The notes under the pieces: model-generated
The model's input: the letters and a program-made list of their open reading frames with translations, nothing else
Told to the model about the DNA's origin: nothing
Databases searched by the model: none
Assembly (NCBI GenBank): GCA_040386535.1
Contig: JAZKFH010000010.1
Coordinates: 1-64,000, forward strand
Length of the DNA: 64,000 nucleotides
Reading direction: 5' to 3'
Source: Myxococcota bacterium
GTDB lineage: Bacteria > Myxococcota_A > UBA796 > SXON01
Shown here: positions 47,619-59,508 of the stretch, piece after piece
How positions within the stretch are numbered: the stretch's first letter is position 1
How the letters are laid out: the number at the start of each line of letters is the position of its first letter
Position numbers and translations under genes: made by a program

Positions 47619-48236
47619 ATGCCCGTCCTTCTCGCCGCTCTCGCCCTCCTTGCCTGCACCTCCACGTCCGAAGACACCGGGGCCGACCCGGCGGACACCG
47701 ACACCGACACCGATACCGATACGGACACCGACACCGATACGGACACCGATACGGACACCGATACCGATACCGACACCGACACCGACACCGACACCGATAC
47801 CGATACGGACACCGACACCACCCCCGTCTGGGCCGTGGGCGCCTTCGAGTGGGTGCTCAACGGAAACGCACACACGGACCCGACGGCCGCGGTGGCGTAC
47901 TCCACCACCGGGACGCGGATGGCGAGCCTGCGCGTCGACGGCACGGACGACGAGACCCGCGAGGGCGTGGTGATGCGGCTCGACGACGCGTCCAGCGCCG
48001 GCGCGGTGCCCGCTGGCGAATACCCCTGCGGCTTCGTCGATTACCCGATGGCGCTGCTCAGCGCGACGGAGGACGGCGCCTCCTACTCCAGCTACAACGA
48101 AGGCGCCTCGTGCGTGGTCACCCTCGACGCCGCGGCGAGCCCCGGCGCCGTCGTCACCGGCTCGCTGACCGGCACCTACATCGACGCCACCGGCACGAAC
48201 ACGTTGACCGGGCGCTTCTGGGTGGCGGTGCCGTAG
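47619..48236 (+). CDS. Lipoprotein with Asp-Thr repeat stalk
   Basis: LLAC lipobox; 21 DT units; beta-rich C-terminal domain. Confidence 0.75.
   Translation: MPVLLAALALLACTSTSEDTGADPADTDTDTDTDTDTDTDTDTDTDTDTDTDTDTDTDTDTDTDTDTTPVWAVGAFEWVLNGNAHTDPTAAVAYSTTGTRMASLRVDGTDDETREGVVMRLDDASSAGAVPAGEYPCGFVDYPMALLSATEDGASYSSYNEGASCVVTLDAAASPGAVVTGSLTGTYIDATGTNTLTGRFWVAVP
47694..47819 (+). repeat. Coding (Asp-Thr)x21 hexamer repeat
   Basis: GAY-ACS tandem array, 126 nt. Confidence 0.95.
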
Positions 48237-48260
48237 CTCCGGTGCCGCCGGGGTGTCCGC

Positions 48261-48914
48261 TCAGAACACCCCGGGGATCACCCGCCACCGCACCGTCCCT
48301 GCGTACGCCGCGTAGCCGGCCAGCTCGTCGTGGAGCATCCGATCCTCGATGAGCGTCCGGCGCACGAACACCAGGATCACCGGCCACAACACGGGCGCGG
48401 CCAGCCACGACCCGAGGGCGGGGCCCGACCCGAGGCAGACGAAGACGACGGCCAGGTACATGGGATGGCGCACCAGGCCGTAGGGTCCGCTCGAGATCAC
48501 GGTCTGCGCACGCTCGGTCTGGATGCGGACGGCGCTCGACGCAAACGGGTTGGAGAGCAGGGTCCAGACCACCAGCACGAAGCCGGCCGCGAACGTGCAG
48601 AGCCCGACCAGCTGCAGAAGGATCGGCATCGAGCTCCACCCGAGCCGCCCGACATCGAGACCGGCCAGCCCGAGGTGGGCCGCCAACAACGGCACGGCCA
48701 CCTTGCGCGTAGCGGCATCCCGGTCGGAGGGCGGCCGCAAACGCTCCGCGAGGAGAGCCGGCTGAAACCGGGACAGCAACACGTTGGTGGCCGTGCCGCT
48801 CCCCGCGAACACCCCGAGCCAGGCCCAGAACCAAACCAGGTCGAGCCGCCCGGCGGGCAGGAACAGGAGGCTGGCGGCGATCGAAACGACCGTGAGGACA
48901 CCGAGGACGATCAT
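48261..48914 (-). CDS. Isoprenylcysteine carboxylmethyltransferase (ICMT/PEMT) family membrane protein
   Basis: NPFASSAVRIQ, VISSGPY..VRHPMY, EDRML.LAGY.Y. Confidence 0.9.
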   Translation of the reverse strand: MIVLGVLTVVSIAASLLFLPAGRLDLVWFWAWLGVFAGSGTATNVLLSRFQPALLAERLRPPSDRDAATRKVAVPLLAAHLGLAGLDVGRLGWSSMPILLQLVGLCTFAAGFVLVVWTLLSNPFASSAVRIQTERAQTVISSGPYGLVRHPMYLAVVFVCLGSGPALGSWLAAPVLWPVILVFVRRTLIEDRMLHDELAGYAAYAGTVRWRVIPGVF

Positions 48915-49357
48915 GACTTCTCCCCCTTCAAGGCCACGACGGTGGCATCGAGGGCCGCCTCGAGCTGCCGCGCGACCTCGGGTGGGAGGCGCGCGTAGAC
49001 CGATTCGAAGCTCTCTCGCCGCAAGGTCTGGATCCGTGCCAACAGCTCCTTTCCGCCCGCGCTGAGCGCGACGGCGGTGCGCCGACGATCCTCCGGGTCG
49101 ATCCCCCGTTCCACGAGGCCACGGTGCTCCAGCTGGCTCACGAGATGGCTCGTGGCGCTCTGGGAGCGGCCGAGGTGGGTTTGAAGCGCCGAGATGGTCA
49201 GCGGGCCCGCGTCCGCGATCCGGAACAGGGCGATGGACTGCGGCACCGACAGGTCGAGCGCCGCGGTGGCCGAGAGGCCTGCCTGCATCTCGTCGACCAG
49301 GAGGTGCCGGAGCGTGGTGAGGTGCCGCCAGAGGGCGTCGGGGCTCGATTGCATCAT
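48911..49357 (-). CDS. MarR family regulator
   Basis: LSVPQ..L, SATS.LV..LE.RGLVER..DPEDRR. Confidence 0.9.
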   Translation of the reverse strand: MMQSSPDALWRHLTTLRHLLVDEMQAGLSATAALDLSVPQSIALFRIADAGPLTISALQTHLGRSQSATSHLVSQLEHRGLVERGIDPEDRRRTAVALSAGGKELLARIQTLRRESFESVYARLPPEVARQLEAALDATVVALKGEKS

Positions 49358-49360
49358 TTC

Positions 49361-49382
49361 ATCGATGTATCCAACCATCGAT
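49361..49382. promoter_or_regulatory. Candidate MarR operator
   Basis: ATCGATG-N8-CATCGAT immediately upstream of the marR start in an AT-richer patch. Confidence 0.6.
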
Positions 49383-49416
49383 GCAAATGCAAGCGCTCCC
49401 CCTCCACGCGGAGCGC

Positions 49417-50838
49417 CTACCGGTCCTGACGCTCCGACCCCCCGTTCTGCTCCAGCCAGCCGCCGGTCTCCCAGCCGCCGGTCTCCCAGCCGCCCGTGTC
49501 CCCGGTGTCCCCGCCGCCCGCGCGCAGCTCCTCGAGCTCCGCCCGGGCGCTCGCCGCGCGGCCCTCGTAGAAGGCGCGGTAGTGGGCGTAGGCGTCCTCG
49601 TCCGGGGCGCGCCACATGCCGTCGGGGTACGCCTCGCCCCAGGGCGCCGGGGTGCCGCGGAGGCGCGCGGCGAGGTCGTCGATGACGGAGACCGGGTCGA
49701 GCGCCTCGAAGCCGTCGATCACGGCCTCGCAGGTGTCGTACATGGCCTCGCGGCACCCGGTGTCGGCGCGGCAGCCCGCGCTCAGGCTCGCCCAGCCCCA
49801 GAGGGTGGTGTCGCGGTACGCGCCGTCCCAGGCGTATCCGGCGGTGATGTCGGTGGAGTACGGGAGGAAGCGGAACTTTCCGTCCTTCCCCTCCGCGATC
49901 ACGAGGTTGTTGGTGTTGTGCACGTAGTCGTCCCCGACCCAGAGCAGCCAATGCACACACGACGAGCGGCGGAAGGCCTCCCAATCGAGCCACGCCTCGG
50001 TGCTCTCGTCGAAGGCCTCGCCGCCCGAGTTGTCGAGGATCGCCTGGGCGAGCGCGTCGAGCCCGGTGGTGTCGTCGCAGTCGCCGTAGTCGCACTCGAA
50101 GCTCGACCACACGCCCGGCGTGTTCACGTCTCCGACGCCCTCCCGGACGTTGACACAACCCCCGCCGAGTTGGTCCGCGTTCTGCTCGCAGAAGTCGCCC
50201 TTGTACATCTCCCGCGCCACCATCGGCACGAGCACGTCGGGGTCTTCCCAGCCGCTCCCGCCGACCCACGCGTAGCTGGCCCGCGCCGCGGGGACGCCGA
50301 GCGCGCGGAACGTCGCGAGCGAGCTCGCCTCGCCGAACAGGGAGCCGACCTGCCCACTGTTGAGACGGATGTGCTCCACGCCGCCGAACCGCTGGCCCTC
50401 CGTGTAGTCGTCGCTGTCGAGCCGGAAGTTGGGGATGGTGCTGGGCGTCCACGCGACACCCGTGCTCTGGCCCACGAGGCGCACGCTGGTCTTCCCGAAG
50501 TCCGCGCAGTCGCCGTCGGGGCTGGCGACGAGGACGGTGTCCGCGAAGCCGGTGTCTTCCCCTACCTCGTAGACGCCTTCGGCCCCCCATCCGCCCCCCT
50601 CCCCGAAGGGCGCGTTGAGCGCCTCCAGCTGCTCGGCGGACACACCGATCCACCACACGTTTCCGTCGTCACCGAGCACGTCCAGGGCCAGGGCGTCGGG
50701 CGTCGTGGTCGCGTCGATCGGTGGGACGATCCCCTCGTCCCCGCCGGTGTCGGGCTCGGGGAGGACGTAGACGTTGGTGATGTTGGTGACGGACGGCACG
50801 CCACAGCCGACCAGAGCGAGCAGGACCCACAGATTCAC
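49417..50838 (-). CDS. CotH kinase family lipoprotein
   Basis: LVGC lipobox; RL.G.ST, NFRLD, GVPAARA.Y, DDY..NTNN, F.FLPY..D. Confidence 0.7.
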   Translation of the reverse strand: MNLWVLLALVGCGVPSVTNITNVYVLPEPDTGGDEGIVPPIDATTTPDALALDVLGDDGNVWWIGVSAEQLEALNAPFGEGGGWGAEGVYEVGEDTGFADTVLVASPDGDCADFGKTSVRLVGQSTGVAWTPSTIPNFRLDSDDYTEGQRFGGVEHIRLNSGQVGSLFGEASSLATFRALGVPAARASYAWVGGSGWEDPDVLVPMVAREMYKGDFCEQNADQLGGGCVNVREGVGDVNTPGVWSSFECDYGDCDDTTGLDALAQAILDNSGGEAFDESTEAWLDWEAFRRSSCVHWLLWVGDDYVHNTNNLVIAEGKDGKFRFLPYSTDITAGYAWDGAYRDTTLWGWASLSAGCRADTGCREAMYDTCEAVIDGFEALDPVSVIDDLAARLRGTPAPWGEAYPDGMWRAPDEDAYAHYRAFYEGRAASARAELEELRAGGGDTGDTGGWETGGWETGGWLEQNGGSERQDR

Positions 50839-50998
50839 GCGTACCTCGGAGGTGTGTGTCCAGGGCTTCGCAAGACGCGTGCCGTGGCCGCGGGCACCCT
50901 GGATCCCCGGCGGCGTACCGGGGTCGCCATCGACGCCGCGCCAACCGTGGAGGCGGCCGCTGCCGGCCGATCGTGACGTGGAGGTCGCGGCGGTTCCT

Positions 50999-51943
50999 TC
51001 ACCCCAGGGCGGGTGCAACCGAGCGAAGGGCCGCGCCCGTGGCGGCCGTCTCCCTGGCCGCCACGTCGAGGCTCGTGCCGATGCCGGCAAAGCGCGCACG
51101 GAACTTGCCATCGTCCACGAGGAAGGGGCGATCCCACTGGTAGGCGGTCTCCCGCAGTTCGCGCAGGAGCGGGACGAAGGGCCCGAGCACGGTGAACGCC
51201 CACGTGGGGATGGCGTACGAGCGGCCGACGGTCCCCAGGGCCGCGGCGATGGCCGCCACGAGCGCGGCGGGCGCGACCTCGATCGTGGGCAGGTGGTAGA
51301 CACCCTCCGCGTCGGACTCCCCGAGGGCGGCGAGGCCGGCGATCACGTCGGGCACGTAGCCGAAGGCGTGGGGCGCCTGGGGATCGCCCACGAGCCAGGC
51401 GGCCTTGCCGGCCTGGAGCCCGGCCACCATCTTGGGGGAGAACAGCGACTGGTCGCCCACGCCGGGCCCGAAGAAGTCGCCCGCGCGGCCCGCCGCGAAA
51501 CGAAGCCCCCGCTCGCGTGCGGCGGTGCGCAACGCGGCGTCCCACGCGATGCGAACGCGCCCCTTCCGCCCCGTGGCGCCGAGGGGCGTCTCCTCCGTGC
51601 GGTGCCCGTCCACGATGCCGTAGGCATAGACGTTGTCGAGGCACACGAGCTTGGCGCGGCTCGCGATGGCGCCCGCGATGAGCGCCTCCCCGAGCGCCGG
51701 GAACTCGGCTTCCCACGCCGCGCCCGTGTACGCGGACGGATTCATGCAGTGGTAGACGGCGGCCGCGCCGGTCGTGACCCGCGCCACGAACGCCGGCTCT
51801 CGCGCGTCTCCGGCGACCACCTCGACTCCCGGGACAAGCGCGGCGCTCCGACGCACCACCCGCACCGTATGGCCCCGCGCCACCAGCGTTTTCGCCAGCC
51901 CGCTGCCGACCTGACCCGCTCCGAACACGACGTGAAGAGACAT
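50999..51943 (-). CDS. NAD-dependent epimerase/dehydratase (atypical SDR)
   Basis: VFGAGQVG, DNVYAYG, KGRVR, GDFFGP. Confidence 0.9.
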   Translation of the reverse strand: MSLHVVFGAGQVGSGLAKTLVARGHTVRVVRRSAALVPGVEVVAGDAREPAFVARVTTGAAAVYHCMNPSAYTGAAWEAEFPALGEALIAGAIASRAKLVCLDNVYAYGIVDGHRTEETPLGATGRKGRVRIAWDAALRTAARERGLRFAAGRAGDFFGPGVGDQSLFSPKMVAGLQAGKAAWLVGDPQAPHAFGYVPDVIAGLAALGESDAEGVYHLPTIEVAPAALVAAIAAALGTVGRSYAIPTWAFTVLGPFVPLLRELRETAYQWDRPFLVDDGKFRARFAGIGTSLDVAARETAATGAALRSVAPALG

Positions 51944-52031
51944 GAGAACCTCCAGCACGACCCTGATACGTCGGCGGAAGGCTCGCATCCCATGCATGAT
52001 TGGTATACGATCGATGCATGAGAGGCATTGA

Positions 52032-52964
52032 TTGGAGGGCATCGATCTCCGCGCGCTCGATCTGAACCTGCTCGTGGCGCTCGACGCGCTGCTGCGCCAA
52101 GGCAACGTGACCGCGGCCGCGCGCGACCTCGGCGTCACCCAACCCGCATTGAGCCGGACGTTACAGCGCCTGCGCGACACGTTGGGCGATCCGCTCCTCG
52201 TGCGCGTGGGCCGCGGCGTGGTACCGACGGATCGCGCGCGCGCCCTCGCGGAGCCCCTCGCGGACGCGCTCCGCGCCGTACAACGCGTGTTCTCGCCTCC
52301 GGGCGAGTTCGATCCGCGGACCGCGCGGGGTGAGCTCACCATCGGCTTGGGTGACGAGGCGCAGGTCGCCTTCGCCGACGCGATCATGGGCGCGATCTGG
52401 GCGCACGCCCCCCACGTCGACATCCGCGTGCGGCCGCTCACCGCCGCCAGCCTCGACGAGGGGCGCCGCGGCGTGCTCGACTTCGCCATCGGCCCCGACC
52501 TGTCGCCCCTCCCCGCGATCGCCGGCTCGGTCGACTATCGGGACTTCGTCGTGAAGCACCTCTACACGCGGCGCTTCGTCGTGGTGTCGTCCGCGCGCAA
52601 CCCGCGCCGGTCGCTCACGCTCGCCGAGTACGTCGCCGCCCACCACGTCATCGTGGGGTTCGACGGCGGCGGCCGCGGCTTCGTGGACGACCTGCTCGCG
52701 GCCGAGGGACACACCCGTCGGGTGGCCGCCACGGTGACCTCCTTTCCGAGCGCGGTCAACCTCGTGGCGAATACCGACCTGCTCGCGACGGTCCCGATGG
52801 AATTGGTACGCGTCTCCAACGCGGCGGTCGTCGCCATCGAGCCGCCCATCGCCCTGCCCACACTGCCCATGTTGTGTGTCTGGCACCCCCGGCGCACGGC
52901 CGACCCGCGGCACCGGTTCTTGCGGGAGGTGGGGATGCGCGCCGTGATCGAGCGGATGGGGTAG
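52032..52964 (+). CDS. LysR family regulator, divergent from the SDR
   Basis: DLNLLVAL..NVTAAA..TQPALSR.L.RLR..GDPL. Confidence 0.93.
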   Translation: MEGIDLRALDLNLLVALDALLRQGNVTAAARDLGVTQPALSRTLQRLRDTLGDPLLVRVGRGVVPTDRARALAEPLADALRAVQRVFSPPGEFDPRTARGELTIGLGDEAQVAFADAIMGAIWAHAPHVDIRVRPLTAASLDEGRRGVLDFAIGPDLSPLPAIAGSVDYRDFVVKHLYTRRFVVVSSARNPRRSLTLAEYVAAHHVIVGFDGGGRGFVDDLLAAEGHTRRVAATVTSFPSAVNLVANTDLLATVPMELVRVSNAAVVAIEPPIALPTLPMLCVWHPRRTADPRHRFLREVGMRAVIERMG

Positions 52965-52983
52965 CTCCGCAGCGTCGCCCGGA

Positions 52984-55248
52984 TCACTCCCCCAGCGCGT
53001 AGACCACGATGGGATCGGGCCCGAGCACCACGGCCGCGCGGCCGGGGCCGAAGGCGTCCTGCACCACGTCGAGGAGCGGCTCGTCGCGCGTGTCGTCGTC
53101 GGGGGCCCACACGCGCTCGGACGCGCCGGTCGCGGGCCACCATGCGGTCAAGCCGTCGGTGTCGGAGAACAGGATCTCGTTCACGCCGTCGCGATCGATG
53201 TCAGCCGCGCGGTACCAGGTGGGGCTCTCCCAACAGAACGTGAGGTCCATGACGGCGAGGACCGGGTTCGCCAGGAGCTCCGCGCCCCGGACGATGCAAT
53301 GCCCGAAATATTCCGTGTCATAACCGAACGATTGGAACGCGAGGTCCCCGAGGCCGTCGCCGTCGATGTCCCCGAGGCGCTGGATGCGACCGACGGTGGG
53401 GCCGTCGACATACGAGAGCACCTCCGGCGCGCCCGCCGCGATCGAGGCGCCGTCGTACACGCGGATGTCGGTGTACACGTCCGCGACCTCGTCCACGCCG
53501 TCGCCGGTGAGGTCGCCCACACAGAGCGCGTGGAGCTGGAGGTCCGCGAGGACCGACACGCCGATGCCGACGCGGAGCCAGGTAGCGCCATCGATGACGG
53601 AGCCACGGTTGAGGACCAGCTCTCCCACGCCATCGCCCGTCAGGTCACACCCCAGCTGCGTGAGCGCGCCGTCGAACACCGTCTCGGCCACCGCGCCCTC
53701 CGCGGCGCTCCAGAGGCCGATCGCGTCGGGCTCTGCCCACCACGTCACCTCGGGCACGCCGTCGCCGTCGAGATCACTGCCCGGGTCCGCGGCGGCCCAA
53801 TCCGGCTGGGAAGTCGTGTCGGCGTCGCACACCGAGATCGTGGTCCCCGGGGTGACGGGCGCCCACTGGAACGCGCCGTCCTCGAGCTGCCACCAGTCGA
53901 GCGCCCCGTCCCCGTCGATCTCGTCGAGGCCGTAGCCGTTCACGTCCCCGCCGTACCCGGGGCCGCCGCCCTGCACCTCGGCGAGGACACCGTCCGCGGT
54001 GGCGGGGTCCAGCCGGCGCGCGACGGTCCTCGGCTCCCAGCGCCCCCCCTCGGCGTGGGAGACCCAGACGAGGTCGGGAGAGGCGGCGATCCGATCGGCG
54101 GGGACGCCCGCGTCGCGCCGGAGGATCGTGTACCGGCCGAGGAGGGCCTCGGCGAGGTCGTACACGGTGGGTGGCGCCCAGATGGCGAGGCCGCCGGCGC
54201 CGTCGGGGCCGATGGCGGCGGACCAGATCTCCAGGCTGTCCTCGAAGGACACCGGCGCGTCGGGCGCCTCCCCCGCGTAAAGCCACAGGTAGCCGGGAAA
54301 CCCCCCTGGGGACTGGAAGGCGAAGTCCTCGGCGCCGCCCCCGTCGACGTCCCCCAGCGGGACGGGGGTGAGCCCGGCGCCGTACACGAAGGTCGCGAGG
54401 GTGGCGTCCGCGAGGGTGGCGCCGGCGTCGATCGCCGCGCTCGAGAGCAGGTACCCATGCGTGTAGTCGGTCGTGATCACCTCCGGCCAACCGTCGCCGT
54501 CCTGGTCGAGCGTGGTGAGGACGAGCGCCGCGCCCAGCTCGCGCGCCGCATCGTCGTGCATCGTGGCGAGCGGCGCCCAGGACGCCGGATCCACCCCCGC
54601 CGCCGAGACGAGCCCGACGTATCCAGGCACCGTGGCGCCGGCCGCGTACAAGGCGGGGGCGCCGACCAGGAGCTCGTCCCGCCCGTCCCCGTCCACGTCG
54701 TGCCAGGGAACGAAGCGCGCCGGCACGTCCGCCCAGGTTTCACCCAGGGATCCGTCCGGGAGGAGCTGCGTCGCGGTGGCCATGTCGTCGTACGCGAAGA
54801 GCTCCGCGAGCCCGTCCCCATCGAGGTCGGGGAGGGCCTGGATCCCCGCGGCGGCGGCCACCGCCCAATACACGGGCTGATCCCAATAGAAGCCGGACGA
54901 CGACGTGGACGGCACCAACCAGGTCCCCCACACCTCCACCTCCGCGTCCACGACGAGCAGGAGATCCTCGACCGCGTCGCCGTCCCGGTCCGGGGTCAAG
55001 ACGAGCGCGGGGCCGCTGTCGTCGAAGCCACAGCCCGTCACCACGAACGGCAGCGCCGCGGTGGGGACGGCGGCGATGTCCGGCGGGGTGTCGGTGTCGG
55101 GCGGGGTGTCGGTGTCCGGCGCGGTGTCGGTGTCCGGCGGGGTGTCGGTGTCCGTGTCACCTGTGTCCACGGCGGCGGTCTCGCGCGCCTCCGCGGCCTC
55201 CTCGGGCTTCGGAACGGGCGTGCAGGCAGCCAGGAGCAACGTGAGCAT
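52984..55248 (-). CDS. Lipoprotein with DTDTPP linker and FG-GAP/VCBS-like DxDGDG repeats
   Basis: LAAC lipobox; many D.DGDG Ca-binding loops. Confidence 0.75.
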   Translation of the reverse strand: MLTLLLAACTPVPKPEEAAEARETAAVDTGDTDTDTPPDTDTAPDTDTPPDTDTPPDIAAVPTAALPFVVTGCGFDDSGPALVLTPDRDGDAVEDLLLVVDAEVEVWGTWLVPSTSSSGFYWDQPVYWAVAAAAGIQALPDLDGDGLAELFAYDDMATATQLLPDGSLGETWADVPARFVPWHDVDGDGRDELLVGAPALYAAGATVPGYVGLVSAAGVDPASWAPLATMHDDAARELGAALVLTTLDQDGDGWPEVITTDYTHGYLLSSAAIDAGATLADATLATFVYGAGLTPVPLGDVDGGGAEDFAFQSPGGFPGYLWLYAGEAPDAPVSFEDSLEIWSAAIGPDGAGGLAIWAPPTVYDLAEALLGRYTILRRDAGVPADRIAASPDLVWVSHAEGGRWEPRTVARRLDPATADGVLAEVQGGGPGYGGDVNGYGLDEIDGDGALDWWQLEDGAFQWAPVTPGTTISVCDADTTSQPDWAAADPGSDLDGDGVPEVTWWAEPDAIGLWSAAEGAVAETVFDGALTQLGCDLTGDGVGELVLNRGSVIDGATWLRVGIGVSVLADLQLHALCVGDLTGDGVDEVADVYTDIRVYDGASIAAGAPEVLSYVDGPTVGRIQRLGDIDGDGLGDLAFQSFGYDTEYFGHCIVRGAELLANPVLAVMDLTFCWESPTWYRAADIDRDGVNEILFSDTDGLTAWWPATGASERVWAPDDDTRDEPLLDVVQDAFGPGRAAVVLGPDPIVVYALGE

Positions 55249-55261
55249 GGCGTAAACCTAA

Positions 55262-57649
<2,388 letters not shown>

Positions 57650-57822
57650 GTCTCTGGGCGACCGCGAGGGGCGCGGTGCCCGGCCCTGGGAGCAGGGCCG
57701 ACCACGCCCCCGGTGCCCTCCCGCTACGAGACGCACCCCCGTGCAGCGCGATGTAGCGAGATGTTGCCCACGCGCTCGGGACGCGATGTCAGGACATACG
57801 ACGCAAGCGGTCAGGAGGCCGC

Positions 57823-59508
57823 ATGCTCGTTCCCGTGCTCGTCTTGTTGGTCGTATGTGGGCCCGCCGTAGACCCGATGGCCGGGGCGTTCGCGGAGGGG
57901 CTCGACACGCTCGCCGCGGGCCCCCGCTCCCCCGTCTCGCTCGACCCCACCGCCTCTGCCACCTGGCCCGGCGAGGCGGCCGAGGACTTCTACGGCTTCT
58001 CGGTGTCCGACGCCGGGGACATCAACGGCGACGGCTACGCCGACGTGATCGTCGGCGCGTTCGGATACGCGTCCAACACCGGCCGGGCCTACGTCTACCA
58101 TGGCACGGCGAGCGGCCTCGAAGCGGCCCCCGCGACCACGCTGACCGGGGAGGAGGCCGAGTCGTTGTTCGGCGCCAAGGTCTCCTCCGCCGGCGACGTG
58201 AACGGGGACGGGTACGGCGACGTGCTCGTGGGCGCCTCCGCCTACGGCACCGGCGACATCGAGGCCATCGGCCGCGCCTACGTCTACCTCGGCTCCGCGG
58301 CCGGGCTGCTCGGCACGCCCGCGACCACTCTCACCGGCGAGGAGATGGCCGACCAGCTCGGCTCCGCGGTCGCCGGCGTGGGCGACATCAACGGCGACGG
58401 GTACGATGACATCGTGGTCGCCGCGCCGTATCGCTCCACCTACCGGGGCACGGTGTACGTGCACCACGGCTCGGCGGCGGGCATCTCCGCGACCCCTGCC
58501 CTCACCTTGGACGGTGACCTGTACACCGAGGTGTTCGGGTACGCCGTGTCGGGCGCCGGGGACGTGGACGCCGACGGCTACGACGACGTGCTGGTGGGCG
58601 TCTGGGCGCACGACTCGTACGCCGGCCGAACCGACGTGTTCCACGGCTCGCCGACGGGGCTCTCCCCCACGGCCACGCTCCAACTGACCGGCGAGGCGGA
58701 GTACGACCGGTTCGGGGCGGCCCTGTCCGGCGCCGGCGACATCGACGGGGACGGCTTCGACGACATCGTGGTGGGCGCGCCGTACGCCCTCACCAACACC
58801 GGCAAGGTGTATGTGTACGCGGGGTCGGCCGGCGGGATCTCCAGCTCCGCAGCGCTGATCCTGACCGGGGAGGCGCCGGAGGACTACTACGGGTTCGCCA
58901 TCTCGGGCGCGGGCGACATCGACGCCGACGGCTACGCAGACGTGTTGGTGGGCGCGCCCGCCAGCTCCGGCTCCGGGGTCGGCCGCGCCTGGCTCCACAC
59001 GGGGTCGGCGGCCGGGCTCTCCCCCACCCCCGAGACCACGTTGACGGGCGGCTCCGCGGACGACGCCTACGGCTACTCGGTGTCCGGCGCCGGAGACGTG
59101 AACGGGGACGGCCTCGACGACGTGATCGTCGGCGCCCCCAACCAGGCCGGGCTCACCGGCCGCGCCTACGTGTACGAGGCGGAGGGTGACGCGGATACCG
59201 ATACCGATACCGATACCGATACCGATACCGACACCGATACGGATACCGACACCGATACGGACACCGATACTGATACCGATACGGACACCGACACCGATAC
59301 GGACACCGATACCGATACCGATACGGACACCGATACCGATACGGACACGGATACCGACACGGACACGGACACCGACACCGACGACACCGGCGTCCCCAAG
59401 GACGACGCGACCGGGTGTGGGTGCGCGACCGGGGATGGCGCGCAGGCCGGTTGGATCGTCGCCTTGCTGGCGCTGGTGGGGATCCGTCGGGGGCGTCAGC
59501 GCGCCTGA
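57823..59508 (+). CDS. FG-GAP (integrin alpha-like) propeller surface protein with DT stalk and MYXO-CTERM-like tail
   Basis: Seven GD.(N/D).DG..D..V.. repeats; (DT)31; GCGC + TM + RRGR. Confidence 0.9.
   Translation: MLVPVLVLLVVCGPAVDPMAGAFAEGLDTLAAGPRSPVSLDPTASATWPGEAAEDFYGFSVSDAGDINGDGYADVIVGAFGYASNTGRAYVYHGTASGLEAAPATTLTGEEAESLFGAKVSSAGDVNGDGYGDVLVGASAYGTGDIEAIGRAYVYLGSAAGLLGTPATTLTGEEMADQLGSAVAGVGDINGDGYDDIVVAAPYRSTYRGTVYVHHGSAAGISATPALTLDGDLYTEVFGYAVSGAGDVDADGYDDVLVGVWAHDSYAGRTDVFHGSPTGLSPTATLQLTGEAEYDRFGAALSGAGDIDGDGFDDIVVGAPYALTNTGKVYVYAGSAGGISSSAALILTGEAPEDYYGFAISGAGDIDADGYADVLVGAPASSGSGVGRAWLHTGSAAGLSPTPETTLTGGSADDAYGYSVSGAGDVNGDGLDDVIVGAPNQAGLTGRAYVYEAEGDADTDTDTDTDTDTDTDTDTDTDTDTDTDTDTDTDTDTDTDTDTDTDTDTDTDTDTDTDTDTDTDDTGVPKDDATGCGCATGDGAQAGWIVALLALVGIRRGRQRA
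59194..59379 (+). repeat. Coding (Asp-Thr)x31 hexamer repeat
   Basis: GAY-ACN tandem array, 186 nt. Confidence 0.95.

Noticed and set aside
47540..47944. (VS)n, (RH)n and (PI/PT)n ORFs, also at 17351 and 59166
   Set aside because: Alternative-frame or antisense readings of the DT repeats
59194..59379. DT arrays as CRISPR or non-coding satellites
   Set aside because: In-frame hexamer repeats within CDSs, no unique spacers, no cas genes
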